A DNA stretch of 64,000 bases from Alphaproteobacteria bacterium. Lineage in GTDB: Bacteria; Pseudomonadota; Alphaproteobacteria; JAAXGF01. Made by a program: the position numbers and the translations under genes. A model generated the notes under the pieces. It searched no databases. It was not told the origin of the DNA and saw nothing but the letters and a program-made list of their open reading frames with translations. Shown here piece by piece: positions 17,634 to 26,080 of this stretch; position 1 is the first letter of the stretch; the number at the start of each line of letters is the position of its first letter. The stretch is taken from assembly GCA_963555825.3 (NCBI GenBank), contig CAUVXB020000001.1, positions 1,984,001 through 2,048,000 of the forward strand, written 5' to 3'.

Positions 17634-18323
17634 TTAAGTGACCAGCGCGATCGGGCGGACCGGGCAGCCGGTGCCATCGCGCATCTTGAGCGGCACCGCC
17701 ACCAGGATGAACTCCTTACCCACCAGCGCGCCCAGATTGCACATCTGTTGGATCATGCAGATGCCGGCCTCGAGCCACACCCGGTGGGTCGGCCACCACC
17801 ACTCGGCGGGGTCGTCCATGCCAATCAGGTCGGTGCCGAACAGCGTGATCTTGTGCTCGACCAGCCACTCGGCCGTCTCGACCGGAATATACGGGCGCTC
17901 GGTGGTGAAACCGGGCTTGCCCCAGTCGCCGTCGACACCGGTCCAGCACAGCACCGCGGTGCCGCCGCCGATCAGCCGTCCGGACGCTGTCTCGGCGGTC
18001 TCGAGGTCGGCGATCGAGATCGCCTCGCCGTTGGACTTGTGGGTCAGGTCGAGCAGGTGGCCGGGCAGCACCAACTGCTCGAGCGGGATGCTGGCCACGT
18101 CGTCGCCCTCGCGCAGGCAGTGGCGGGGCACGTCGAGATGCGTGCCGCAATGCTCCGGCAACAACATCATGCGCGATTCCATCGACAGCTTGCCGCCGCT
18201 GACGGTTTCGCCGTGCTTGAACGAGCTGGTCGGCCAGAAGGCGACCTGCGCGCCGCCGATATTCGCCATGTCGTGGAACAGCTCGTGGCCGAGATCAATG
18301 ATTTGCTTGATCGGCGATGTCAT
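17634..18323 (-). CDS. cyclase family metal-dependent hydrolase (kynurenine formamidase-like)
   Basis: EHCGTHLDVPRH (HxGTHxDxPxH), GTD, C-terminal PLK...GTGCPVR. Confidence 0.88.
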   Translation of the reverse strand: MTSPIKQIIDLGHELFHDMANIGGAQVAFWPTSSFKHGETVSGGKLSMESRMMLLPEHCGTHLDVPRHCLREGDDVASIPLEQLVLPGHLLDLTHKSNGEAISIADLETAETASGRLIGGGTAVLCWTGVDGDWGKPGFTTERPYIPVETAEWLVEHKITLFGTDLIGMDDPAEWWWPTHRVWLEAGICMIQQMCNLGALVGKEFILVAVPLKMRDGTGCPVRPIALVT

Positions 18324-18432
18324 GGTCTCCTCCTTCGCGCCGTCGTGCCGATGACGAACCGATGATATCACGCGCAGCGCATGGATTTTCGCACACCGAT
18401 TCGCTAGTCTCGCGGCCCAGGGAGGACGATCA

Positions 18433-19830
18433 ATGGAACGCCGTCTCGCGGCCATACTCGCCGCCGACATGGTCGGCTTTTCGCATCTCATGGAGCTCGA
18501 CGAGGAAGGCACCGTCAGGCGCCAGAAGACCCATCGGCGCGAAATGATCGACCCGACGATCTCGGAACACCACGGCCATATCGCAAAGACCACCGGCGAC
18601 GGCATGCTCGTCGAATTCGCCAGTGTCCTCGACGCCGTGCAATGCGCGGTCGAGATTCAGACCGCGATGGCCGCCCGGGAGGCCGACACGCCCGAAGACG
18701 ATCGCATCCGCTATCGGATCGGCATCAACCTGGGCGACATCATCTTCGACGACGACGACATCTTCGGCGACGGCGTCAATGTCGCGGCCCGGCTCGAAAC
18801 GCTGGCCGAGCCGGGTGGCATCTGCATTTCGGATGTCGTCCACCAGAGCGTGTTCGACAAGCTCGACATGTCGTACAAGGACCTCGGCTCGCAGCGCGTC
18901 AAGAACATCTCCAAGCCGATCCACGTTTGGAAATGGCGCATGGGTGGTGAAGCCGCGGACGAAGAACCCGAGACCCCATCTGCCGCCCTCGAACAGGAAA
19001 TTCGCTTCTGCGCGGCGCGCGACGGCACGCAGATCGCCTACGCCACGGTGGGCCAGGGACCGCCGCTCGTGAAGGCGCCGAACTGGCTCAATCACCTGGA
19101 ATACGACTGGCAAAGTCCGATCTGGCGGCACCTGCTTATGGCGCTCGCCCGCGATCATGCCCTGATCCGCTTCGACCAGGGGGGCAATGGCCTATCCGAC
19201 TGGGACGTCGCGGATATCTCCCATGATGCGTTCGTCTCGGATCTGGAAACGGTGGTCGAAGCGGCCGGGCTCGACCGCTTTCCCCTATTTGGCATCTCGC
19301 AGGGCTGCGGCATATCGATTCGCTACGCGGTCCAAAACCCCGGGTGCGTCAGCCGCCTGATCCTCTACGGCGGCTATGCGCGCGGCCGCAACAAACGCGG
19401 CTCACCGGCCCTGGTACAACAGGCGGAGGCCGAGCAAACCCTCATACGGCAGGGTTGGGGTCAGCAGAACCCGGCGTTTCGCCAGTTCTTCACCTCGTGC
19501 TTCGTTCCGGACGGCACGCCGGAGCAGATGGCCTGGTTCAACGAACTCCAGCGGCTCACGACTTCGCCCGAGAACGCCGCCCGCATCCGCGCGATCAACA
19601 ACGATACCGACGTCATCGAACATCTGTCCCAGGTTGCCGTGCCGACCCTGGTCCTGCACTGCAGGGACGACGCGGTCGCGCCCTTCGAGGAAGGCCGACG
19701 AATGGCCGCCATGATCCCAGGCGCGCGGTTCGTCGCGCTCGAAGGCCGCAACCATCTCATCCTCGAGGACGAACCGGCCTGGCCGCGCTTCATCAACGAG
19801 GTCTGGGCTTTCCTCGCTGAGCCCGATTAA
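18433..19830 (+). CDS. class III adenylate/guanylate cyclase-like domain fused to an alpha/beta hydrolase
   Basis: ILAADMVGFS, KTTGDG, RIGINLGD, GDGVNVAARL; then NWLNHLEYDW, GISQG, D.VAP, NH. Confidence 0.88.
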   Translation: MERRLAAILAADMVGFSHLMELDEEGTVRRQKTHRREMIDPTISEHHGHIAKTTGDGMLVEFASVLDAVQCAVEIQTAMAAREADTPEDDRIRYRIGINLGDIIFDDDDIFGDGVNVAARLETLAEPGGICISDVVHQSVFDKLDMSYKDLGSQRVKNISKPIHVWKWRMGGEAADEEPETPSAALEQEIRFCAARDGTQIAYATVGQGPPLVKAPNWLNHLEYDWQSPIWRHLLMALARDHALIRFDQGGNGLSDWDVADISHDAFVSDLETVVEAAGLDRFPLFGISQGCGISIRYAVQNPGCVSRLILYGGYARGRNKRGSPALVQQAEAEQTLIRQGWGQQNPAFRQFFTSCFVPDGTPEQMAWFNELQRLTTSPENAARIRAINNDTDVIEHLSQVAVPTLVLHCRDDAVAPFEEGRRMAAMIPGARFVALEGRNHLILEDEPAWPRFINEVWAFLAEPD

Positions 19831-19847
19831 ACCCGACGACCGCGGTC

Positions 19848-20339
19848 CTAGTCTTGCGCTGTCGCGGCGGCGGCGATGGCGGCGAAGATGGCGTCGAGAT
19901 CGGCGGCCATGGCGTCGAGTGCTGTCGAGCCATAGGGCGCGAAGGTCGCCGAAGGCGCGCGATAGCTGAGCGTCGCCGTGCCGTCGTCGTTGGCGGTGAT
20001 GTAAAAGATCAGTGGCGCCTCAATGCCCGCCGGAATACTCGCCTCTAGCATGCGCACGGCAAAGTCGTTGCGGTAGACGCCGACCACGATATTGCCCGGA
20101 ATGGTGATGCCGCGGCGCTGGGCGCCAGCGCTCGCCGAGGCGCGCGTCACCACGAACATGCCGTTCGCCTTGACCGCCGCGTCGAGCCGCTCGACCAGGA
20201 CGCCGAACGGATGCGGCGTCGCCATGACGTTGACGCCGCCATAAGGAAAGTCGAGCGCGCGCGTCGGCGCGACGGCGGCGAAGACAACGAGCAGCCCCCC
20301 CCCCCCCCCCCCCAGGAGTATCGCCGCTGTCGTTTTCAT
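19848..20339 (-). CDS. DUF302 domain protein with signal peptide
   Basis: RNDFAVRMLEASIPAGIEAPLIFYI...LSYRAPS; signal region contains a G19 run. Confidence 0.8.
   Translation of the reverse strand: MKTTAAILLGGGGGGLLVVFAAVAPTRALDFPYGGVNVMATPHPFGVLVERLDAAVKANGMFVVTRASASAGAQRRGITIPGNIVVGVYRNDFAVRMLEASIPAGIEAPLIFYITANDDGTATLSYRAPSATFAPYGSTALDAMAADLDAIFAAIAAAATAQD
20295..20313. repeat. C19 homopolymer (G19 on the coding strand)
   Basis: 19 consecutive C, read as six Gly codons in the DUF302 signal peptide. Confidence 0.9.
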
Positions 20340-20355
20340 TGTCGGTCTCCTTGGT

Positions 20356-21408
20356 CTAGTACCGGTCGATGACCGGGATGCCGAGCGTCGCGAAGTCGTC
20401 CATCGAGGCGAGCACCGCGCCGGCTTCCTCGAGCGAGACGGTACGGCTGACCAGCTCGGCGGGCTTGAGCTTGCCGGTCTCGATCATCTGCAGCATCGCG
20501 GCGTAGCGCGGCACGTGCATGCCGTGAGAGCCGGTGATCACCAGTTCCTTGCCGACGATGATGTCGATCGGCAGGCCGATGACGCCCTGTTCCTCGCCGC
20601 TGGTCATGCCGATCTGCAGATGGCGCCCCCGCCGGCGCAGCGAATTGACCGAATTCACGCAGGTCGCGGCGATACCGAGCGCGTCGATCGAGACATGCGC
20701 GCCGCCCTTGGTGATGTCCTTGATCGCCTTGGCCGGGTTGGCATTGCCGGCATGGACCGTCTCGACCGCGCCGACCCGCTTGGCGACGTCGAGCTTCTCG
20801 GCGTCGATATCGACGGCGATGACGTTGGCGCCCAAGGCAGTCGCGATCTGCACCGCTGAGAGCCCGATGCCGCCACAGCCGTGGACGGCGACCCATTCGC
20901 CGGCCGAGACGCGCGCCTGGTCGACGATGCCGTGGAACGAGGTCATGTAGCGGCAACCGAGACTCGCGCCCTCGACGAAGCCGATCGCCTCGGGCAGCGT
21001 GACCAGGTTGACGTCGGCCTTGGGTACGGCGACATAGCGGCCGAACCCGCCCCAATAGGAAAAGCCCGGCGTGAAGCCGCGTGTGCACAGGTTCTGCATG
21101 CCTTGGCGACAGAACTCACAGGTCCCCTCGCCCTGGCAGAACGGCACGATCACCCGGTCGCCGGCCTTGAAGCCCTTGACCTCGGCGCCGACCGCCTCGA
21201 CGACGCCGCAGAATTCGTGGCCGAGCACATGGGGAAACTCGAACCGGACGCCGAGCCAGCCCCAGTCGCCGACCCAGCCATGCCAGTCCGAACGGCAGAT
21301 GCCGTTGGCCTCGACCCGGATCACCGCGCCGTCGGCGGCGCAATCGGGATCGGGCAGCTCGCGCACCACGAGGGGCGCGCGCACCCCTTCCATTACCGCC
21401 GCTCGCAT
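20356..21408 (-). CDS. zinc-dependent alcohol dehydrogenase family protein
   Basis: GICRSDWH, GHEFCG, C..C..G..N.C, GCGGIG. Confidence 0.92.
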   Translation of the reverse strand: MRAAVMEGVRAPLVVRELPDPDCAADGAVIRVEANGICRSDWHGWVGDWGWLGVRFEFPHVLGHEFCGVVEAVGAEVKGFKAGDRVIVPFCQGEGTCEFCRQGMQNLCTRGFTPGFSYWGGFGRYVAVPKADVNLVTLPEAIGFVEGASLGCRYMTSFHGIVDQARVSAGEWVAVHGCGGIGLSAVQIATALGANVIAVDIDAEKLDVAKRVGAVETVHAGNANPAKAIKDITKGGAHVSIDALGIAATCVNSVNSLRRRGRHLQIGMTSGEEQGVIGLPIDIIVGKELVITGSHGMHVPRYAAMLQMIETGKLKPAELVSRTVSLEEAGAVLASMDDFATLGIPVIDRY

Positions 21409-21485
21409 AGTCGTCTCCTCCAAATTGTCCTCGGCGCCACAGGGCGCGGAGTGTGCCCGCCAAGCAACCGCGCCGCAACGCCGAA

Positions 21486-22133
21486 TCATCCAGCGGCCGG
21501 AAACCCCGGATACTGGTCGGAATGATCGCGGTCGAAGCCGTCCATGCCGCGCCGGGTCAGCACGATGTCCTCGCGTTGCTCGGGCGAATCATACTTGATC
21601 GCCTTATCGGACGGCCCTTCGTACCAGCGGATGTTGAAAGCGCAGAGCCACGGGAAGAAGATTGCCTCGGCGAAATGCTCGACGTTGTCGGCGATCCACC
21701 AGCCGAGCGGCCGGAAATCGTCCGTTTCGGCGTAGCGTTCGAGATACCATGGAACGATGACGCTCGCGGTCGCCCCCATGTGGCCGTCGGCGTCGCGTAT
21801 GTCCCAAATATGGCGCGCCGCACCGTAGACGTTGTCGCTGCAGTAATAAGCGTTCTCGCCCGCGATGAGGCGCTGGTGGCAGAAGTCGTTGACGCCGGGC
21901 GAGCGGTAAGCCAACCGCACGACGATGCCGCCGAACGTGCGGTGCATCGGTTCGAGCACCAGTTGACACAGCTTCTCGCCGGTCGCGATCGCCAGATCGG
22001 GGTCTTCGGGAATGTTCGGCATGCCGTGGAAGTTGGCGACTTCACTGTACAGCATATCTCGCATGAAGAAGTGCTCCGACAGTCGAACGCGACCCAGTTC
22101 GGTCAGTTCGGCGACCGATCGAGGCTTATCCAT
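21486..22133 (-). CDS. conserved hypothetical protein, distant peptidase M15-like
   Basis: GRVRLSEHFFMRDMLYSE...LCQLVLEP...AYRSP.VN...HIWD. Confidence 0.65.
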   Translation of the reverse strand: MDKPRSVAELTELGRVRLSEHFFMRDMLYSEVANFHGMPNIPEDPDLAIATGEKLCQLVLEPMHRTFGGIVVRLAYRSPGVNDFCHQRLIAGENAYYCSDNVYGAARHIWDIRDADGHMGATASVIVPWYLERYAETDDFRPLGWWIADNVEHFAEAIFFPWLCAFNIRWYEGPSDKAIKYDSPEQREDIVLTRRGMDGFDRDHSDQYPGFPAAG

Positions 22134-22436
22134 GATGCCCACTCCCTGTGTTTCCGGCCCTCCTGGCTTTGCCATGCCGGGGCGCCATTGGCAAGGGCGC
22201 GCGCGGCCACTGCTGATTTCGGCTACCTAAAGGGCCGATATCTGATATGTTTTCGCAAGTGATTCGGCCGCTTCGGGCAACTTGCGGAAGAGTCATGCTC
22301 CGCTCGGTCGGCGACGCAGTGCAAACCGATAACCCCGTTCATGGTTCGCTCGTCGCTCGGCACCGTCGAGCGATTGTGGGCGTATCTGCCATGATTGAGC
22401 TGATGTAACAATCTTTCGGGGAATGGGGCACTCATC

Positions 22437-24020
22437 ATGCGACTCGGTGAAATTCGCGTAGCGCGCGGCGTCGTCACCGTCGAAGGCATCGAACAGGCGG
22501 CCGAACATCAACGCACCAACGGCGGTCGGCTGGGCGACAATCTCGTCGCGCTCGGTCTGCTCACGCAAGAGCAAATCGACGAAGTCATGCACGAAACGCC
22601 GCGGTCGCCCAAGACCATCATGGGCACCGGCCTGAGCCAAGCCAACATCACCTCGTTGGTTCTGAAGTTCTTGTACATCGAGCAGCTCGACACAATCTCG
22701 AAGCTGATCGATAATACCAAGCTGCCGTACAACATCGTCAAGATCATCATCGACGATTTGGTCAGCAAGAAATACATCGAGGTGCTCGGCTCGTCCGGCG
22801 CCGACGGCGCGCAGTCCGAGACACGATATGCGCTGTCCACAGCGGGCCGCGAGATGGGCAGCGAGGCAGCCGAGCAGAACATCTACATGGGTCCCTGCCC
22901 GGTCTCGCTCGAACAATATCAGGATCAGGTGCTCAAGCAGCGCATCACCAATGAGGTGACCGACGAGAAGGCGATCAGAGAGTGCTTCGAAGGCCTGATC
23001 ATTCCCGACCATTTCCTGGCCCAGATTGGCCCGGCGGTCAACTCGGGCCGCACGCTGCTGATGTACGGCCCGCCGGGCAACGGCAAGACGTCGATCGCGA
23101 CCCGCATTGCCGAAATCTTCACGCATATCGTCTATGTACCCTACGCGGTCGACATCGACGGCCAGATCATGCAGATCTACGATTCGAGCATTCACATCGA
23201 GGCCGTCGACGACAAGTCGAGGGAACTGCTCGCCGCCCAGCAGCCCCGGGGCCTACGTAAGGAGGACTTCGACCAGCGCTGGATCGCCTGCCGGCGGCCG
23301 GTCGTCGTGGTCGGCGGCGAGCTCACACTCGAAATGCTCGACCTCAGCTACAACGAGGACGCCAAGTTCTACGAGGCGCCGATGCATGTGAAGGCGCTCA
23401 ACGGCACCTTCATCATCGACGATTTCGGCCGCCAGCTGGTGACGCCGGAGAGCCTCCTTAACCGTTGGATCGTGCCGATGGAAAGCCGGGTCGATTACTT
23501 CAAGTTGACGACCGGCAAGAGCTTCCAGCTGCCTTTCGACGAGTTCCTGATCTTCTCGACCAACCTCGAGCCTAACGACCTCATGGACCCGGCGTTCCTC
23601 AGGCGTATTCCGTACAAAATCGAGCTGTTCGAGCCGACAGTGGAGGATTTCCACCGCATCTTCACGATCATCGCCAAACATTCGGGTCTGGAACTGCCCG
23701 ACGATGTCTTCGAATACGTGGTGCACCAGCTGAGCGTGAAGAACAGCTTCCATCTCGCCTATTATCAGCCGAAGTTCATCATCGATCAGGTGTTGGCGGA
23801 GTGTAAGTACCAGAACATTCCGCCGAAGTTCACCAAGAAACGGATCAACTCCGCACTGCAAAACCTCTACGTCCACATCGAGATGGACGATCCCGGCCCC
23901 TGCGAGCCCGCGCAGCCGGCGGCCCCCGAGGCCGAGGCACAGCCCGCGCCACCGCCGGCCGCGGCCGCGGCGCCCGAACCCGCGCCGGCCCAGCACGCCG
24001 CCCCCGAGGGCCACGATTGA
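22437..24020 (+). CDS. AAA+ ATPase with N-terminal MshEN-like domain and Pro/Ala-rich tail
   Basis: RLGE...G...Q and RLGD.L..LG tandem motifs; Walker A GPPGNGKT, FIIDDFGRQ, FSTNL, AFLRRI. Confidence 0.85.
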   Translation: MRLGEIRVARGVVTVEGIEQAAEHQRTNGGRLGDNLVALGLLTQEQIDEVMHETPRSPKTIMGTGLSQANITSLVLKFLYIEQLDTISKLIDNTKLPYNIVKIIIDDLVSKKYIEVLGSSGADGAQSETRYALSTAGREMGSEAAEQNIYMGPCPVSLEQYQDQVLKQRITNEVTDEKAIRECFEGLIIPDHFLAQIGPAVNSGRTLLMYGPPGNGKTSIATRIAEIFTHIVYVPYAVDIDGQIMQIYDSSIHIEAVDDKSRELLAAQQPRGLRKEDFDQRWIACRRPVVVVGGELTLEMLDLSYNEDAKFYEAPMHVKALNGTFIIDDFGRQLVTPESLLNRWIVPMESRVDYFKLTTGKSFQLPFDEFLIFSTNLEPNDLMDPAFLRRIPYKIELFEPTVEDFHRIFTIIAKHSGLELPDDVFEYVVHQLSVKNSFHLAYYQPKFIIDQVLAECKYQNIPPKFTKKRINSALQNLYVHIEMDDPGPCEPAQPAAPEAEAQPAPPPAAAAAPEPAPAQHAAPEGHD

Positions 24021-24053
24021 ACCAGGGCGTCCGGGCGCCGGCCCAGGAGCCGG

Positions 24054-24437
24054 TCAGGGGACGACGGCGACCGCCTCAATCTCGATGAGCCAGTCGGGCG
24101 ACGCGAGCGCGTCGACGACTGCCAGGGTCGATGCCGGCTGCGGCGAGGGCAGGACACGGTCACGCGCGGCGCGGAATCCACCGACGAAGCTGGCATCCGT
24201 GATGTAGCTGTTGAGCCGCAGCACGTCGGTGAAATCGGCGCCGATAGCGGCCAACGCCGCGGCGAGATTGGCGAACACCTGCGCGGCCTGCGCCTCGACG
24301 TCGCCGGCGCCGACCAGCCGGCCGTTCGGATCGAGCGCGACTTGGCCCGATATGAACGCGAGGCCGGCGCCCACGGCGACGTGCGAATACCCTGGCGTCT
24401 CGTGAATCGTCGTTGGTTGAATATGCGTGACGGCCAT
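24054..24437 (-). CDS. RidA/YjgF family protein
   Basis: YSHV, ISGQV, PASTL, LIEIEAVA. Confidence 0.9.
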   Translation of the reverse strand: MAVTHIQPTTIHETPGYSHVAVGAGLAFISGQVALDPNGRLVGAGDVEAQAAQVFANLAAALAAIGADFTDVLRLNSYITDASFVGGFRAARDRVLPSPQPASTLAVVDALASPDWLIEIEAVAVVP

Positions 24438-24473
24438 GCCCGACCTCTTCGTGATTGATGTAGACCCGGCGAC

Positions 24474-24757
24474 AATACCAAGGATCAGTGATAAAGACCC
24501 ATAGAGACGGCTTGCCGTGGTTCTCGGCTAGGCGCGCCCGTCGCGGCGATGCCCATGTATGGCAATAGGAGGGGCATCGCAAGATGGGTGGAACGACGTC
24601 CGGGAGCCTCGGCAAGCCGCCCTTCGGGTCGCGTCCGCTTATCGCCGGAGGGCGCCAGGTTGCCTAGCCGATGCGCTGCATCGCCCGCGGCTCCCTTGCC
24701 TCACCGCCGAAAAGCGGACGCGATCTCTAGGGGCCTTTATCACTGATCCTTGGTATT
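24474..24757 (+). mobile_element. MITE-like structured element A (~284 bp) with ~34-bp terminal inverted repeats
   Basis: aataccaaggatcagtgataaagacccatagaga ... tctctaggggcctttatcactgatccttggtatt (2 mismatches); ATACCA/TGGTAT ends resemble the adjacent IS630; two long internal hairpins. Confidence 0.8.
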
Positions 24758-24855
24758 ATACCAGTGAGCGCCTGAATTGACTCTCGGGATATTCATTGAT
24801 GGCGGATGATGGCGGATTGTGATTCTATGGTCTCCCACCAGATGTGGGGGATGTC

Positions 24856-25368
24856 ATGGGATCAGCACTCAAGATACGGGATGATTTGACGCCTTTGGAG
24901 CTTCGGCGCTGGGCTCGCGTGGAATCGTACGGTCGAGCGGCGGCGCGGGCCTATGGGATCGCGAATGCTTTGGAGGAGATGCCCCGGGCTGATGCCGCGC
25001 GGCTTGCGGGGATGGATCGCCAAACGCTTCGCGACGCGGTTGTTCGTTACAATGCAAAGGGATTGGAGGGGCTTCACGACCGTCCAAAGGGCTACTCGCC
25101 GCGGCGGCTGACGGCAGACGAGGAAGCGGCGCTGGCGGCGGTCATCATCGCCGGGCCGGAGCCTGAGCGCGACGGGGTTTGCGCCTGGACCCGGGCCGAT
25201 CTGTGCCGCTGGCTGGAGGAGCGCTTCGCCAAGACCTACCACCCCTCGAGCATGACCCGGGTTCTACGGCGGATGGGATTTTCCCGCCAGAAGGCGCGCC
25301 CGAGCCACCCGCGAAGGGACGCCGAAGCGCAGGAGCGCTTCAAAAAAGGGGGCTTCGCGACATCCTGA
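24856..25368 (+). CDS. IS630 transposase ORF A (HTH)
   Basis: GMDRQTLRDAV.RYN..G..GL.D, W.R.DL, MGFSRQKARP.HP; ends just after the aaaaaaggggg slippery run (25342-25352). Confidence 0.9.
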   Translation: MGSALKIRDDLTPLELRRWARVESYGRAAARAYGIANALEEMPRADAARLAGMDRQTLRDAVVRYNAKGLEGLHDRPKGYSPRRLTADEEAALAAVIIAGPEPERDGVCAWTRADLCRWLEERFAKTYHPSSMTRVLRRMGFSRQKARPSHPRRDAEAQERFKKGGFATS

Positions 25369-25922
25369 AGGCGACCGCCGCGGCGCATCCCGACAAGCGC
25401 CTACAGCTGTGGTTTCAGGATGAAGCGCGCGTCGGCAACAAGGGCCGGGTGTGTCACCGGTGGTGGCGCAGGGGCGAGCGTGCCCCCGGGACGCGTCAAA
25501 TCGGCTACCAGTGGGCCTACATCTTCTCCGCCGTGCGCCCGGACACCGGCGACGACGTCACCCTGGTGATGCCGAGCGTCAACGCCAAGGTCATGGACCT
25601 GTTTCTCGCACACTTCGCCGATACCCTGGACCAGGATGCGCACGCCGTCATGATGTGCGACGGCGCCGGTTGGCACGACGAGCGCGCCCTCACCGTCCCC
25701 GACAACGTCACCTTGGCGCTGTTGCCGCCTTACAGTCCCGAACTCAACCCCGTCGAGCGGGTTTGGCTCTACCTACGCGAACGCTTCCTATCGCTCCGCG
25801 TCCTCGACGACACCGAGGCCATCATCGACGCCTGTTGCCAAGCATGGATCGACCTCATCGCAGAACCGGATCGTATGCGAACCCTCTGCGCCTATCCATG
25901 GATCATGAAGGTGATTTCATAG
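25341..25922 (+). CDS. IS630 transposase ORF B (DDE), -1 frame
   Basis: WFQDEARVG, CDGAGWH, LPPYSPELNPVERVW. Confidence 0.9.
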   Translation, partial: QKRGLRDILKATAAAHPDKRLQLWFQDEARVGNKGRVCHRWWRRGERAPGTRQIGYQWAYIFSAVRPDTGDDVTLVMPSVNAKVMDLFLAHFADTLDQDAHAVMMCDGAGWHDERALTVPDNVTLALLPPYSPELNPVERVWLYLRERFLSLRVLDDTEAIIDACCQAWIDLIAEPDRMRTLCAYPWIMKVIS

Positions 25923-26080
25923 GCTCACTGGTATTAGGCTAGCACGCAGCGCCGGTAACCACGAAACGCGGGGTGATCGGCGTTGCTTTTGCCAATGCGC
26001 GGAAGTATGACACTCCTCGATCCGTGTGGGCCGCCGACCGGCGCCTTCCGCAACCGAAACTAATTCGACGAGGCAAGCCA

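Larger units (their letters stand above)
24759..25933 (+). mobile_element. IS630-family insertion sequence
   Basis: Imperfect IRs taccagtgagc...gctcactggta with TA at both flanks, enclosing a two-ORF transposase. Confidence 0.93.
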
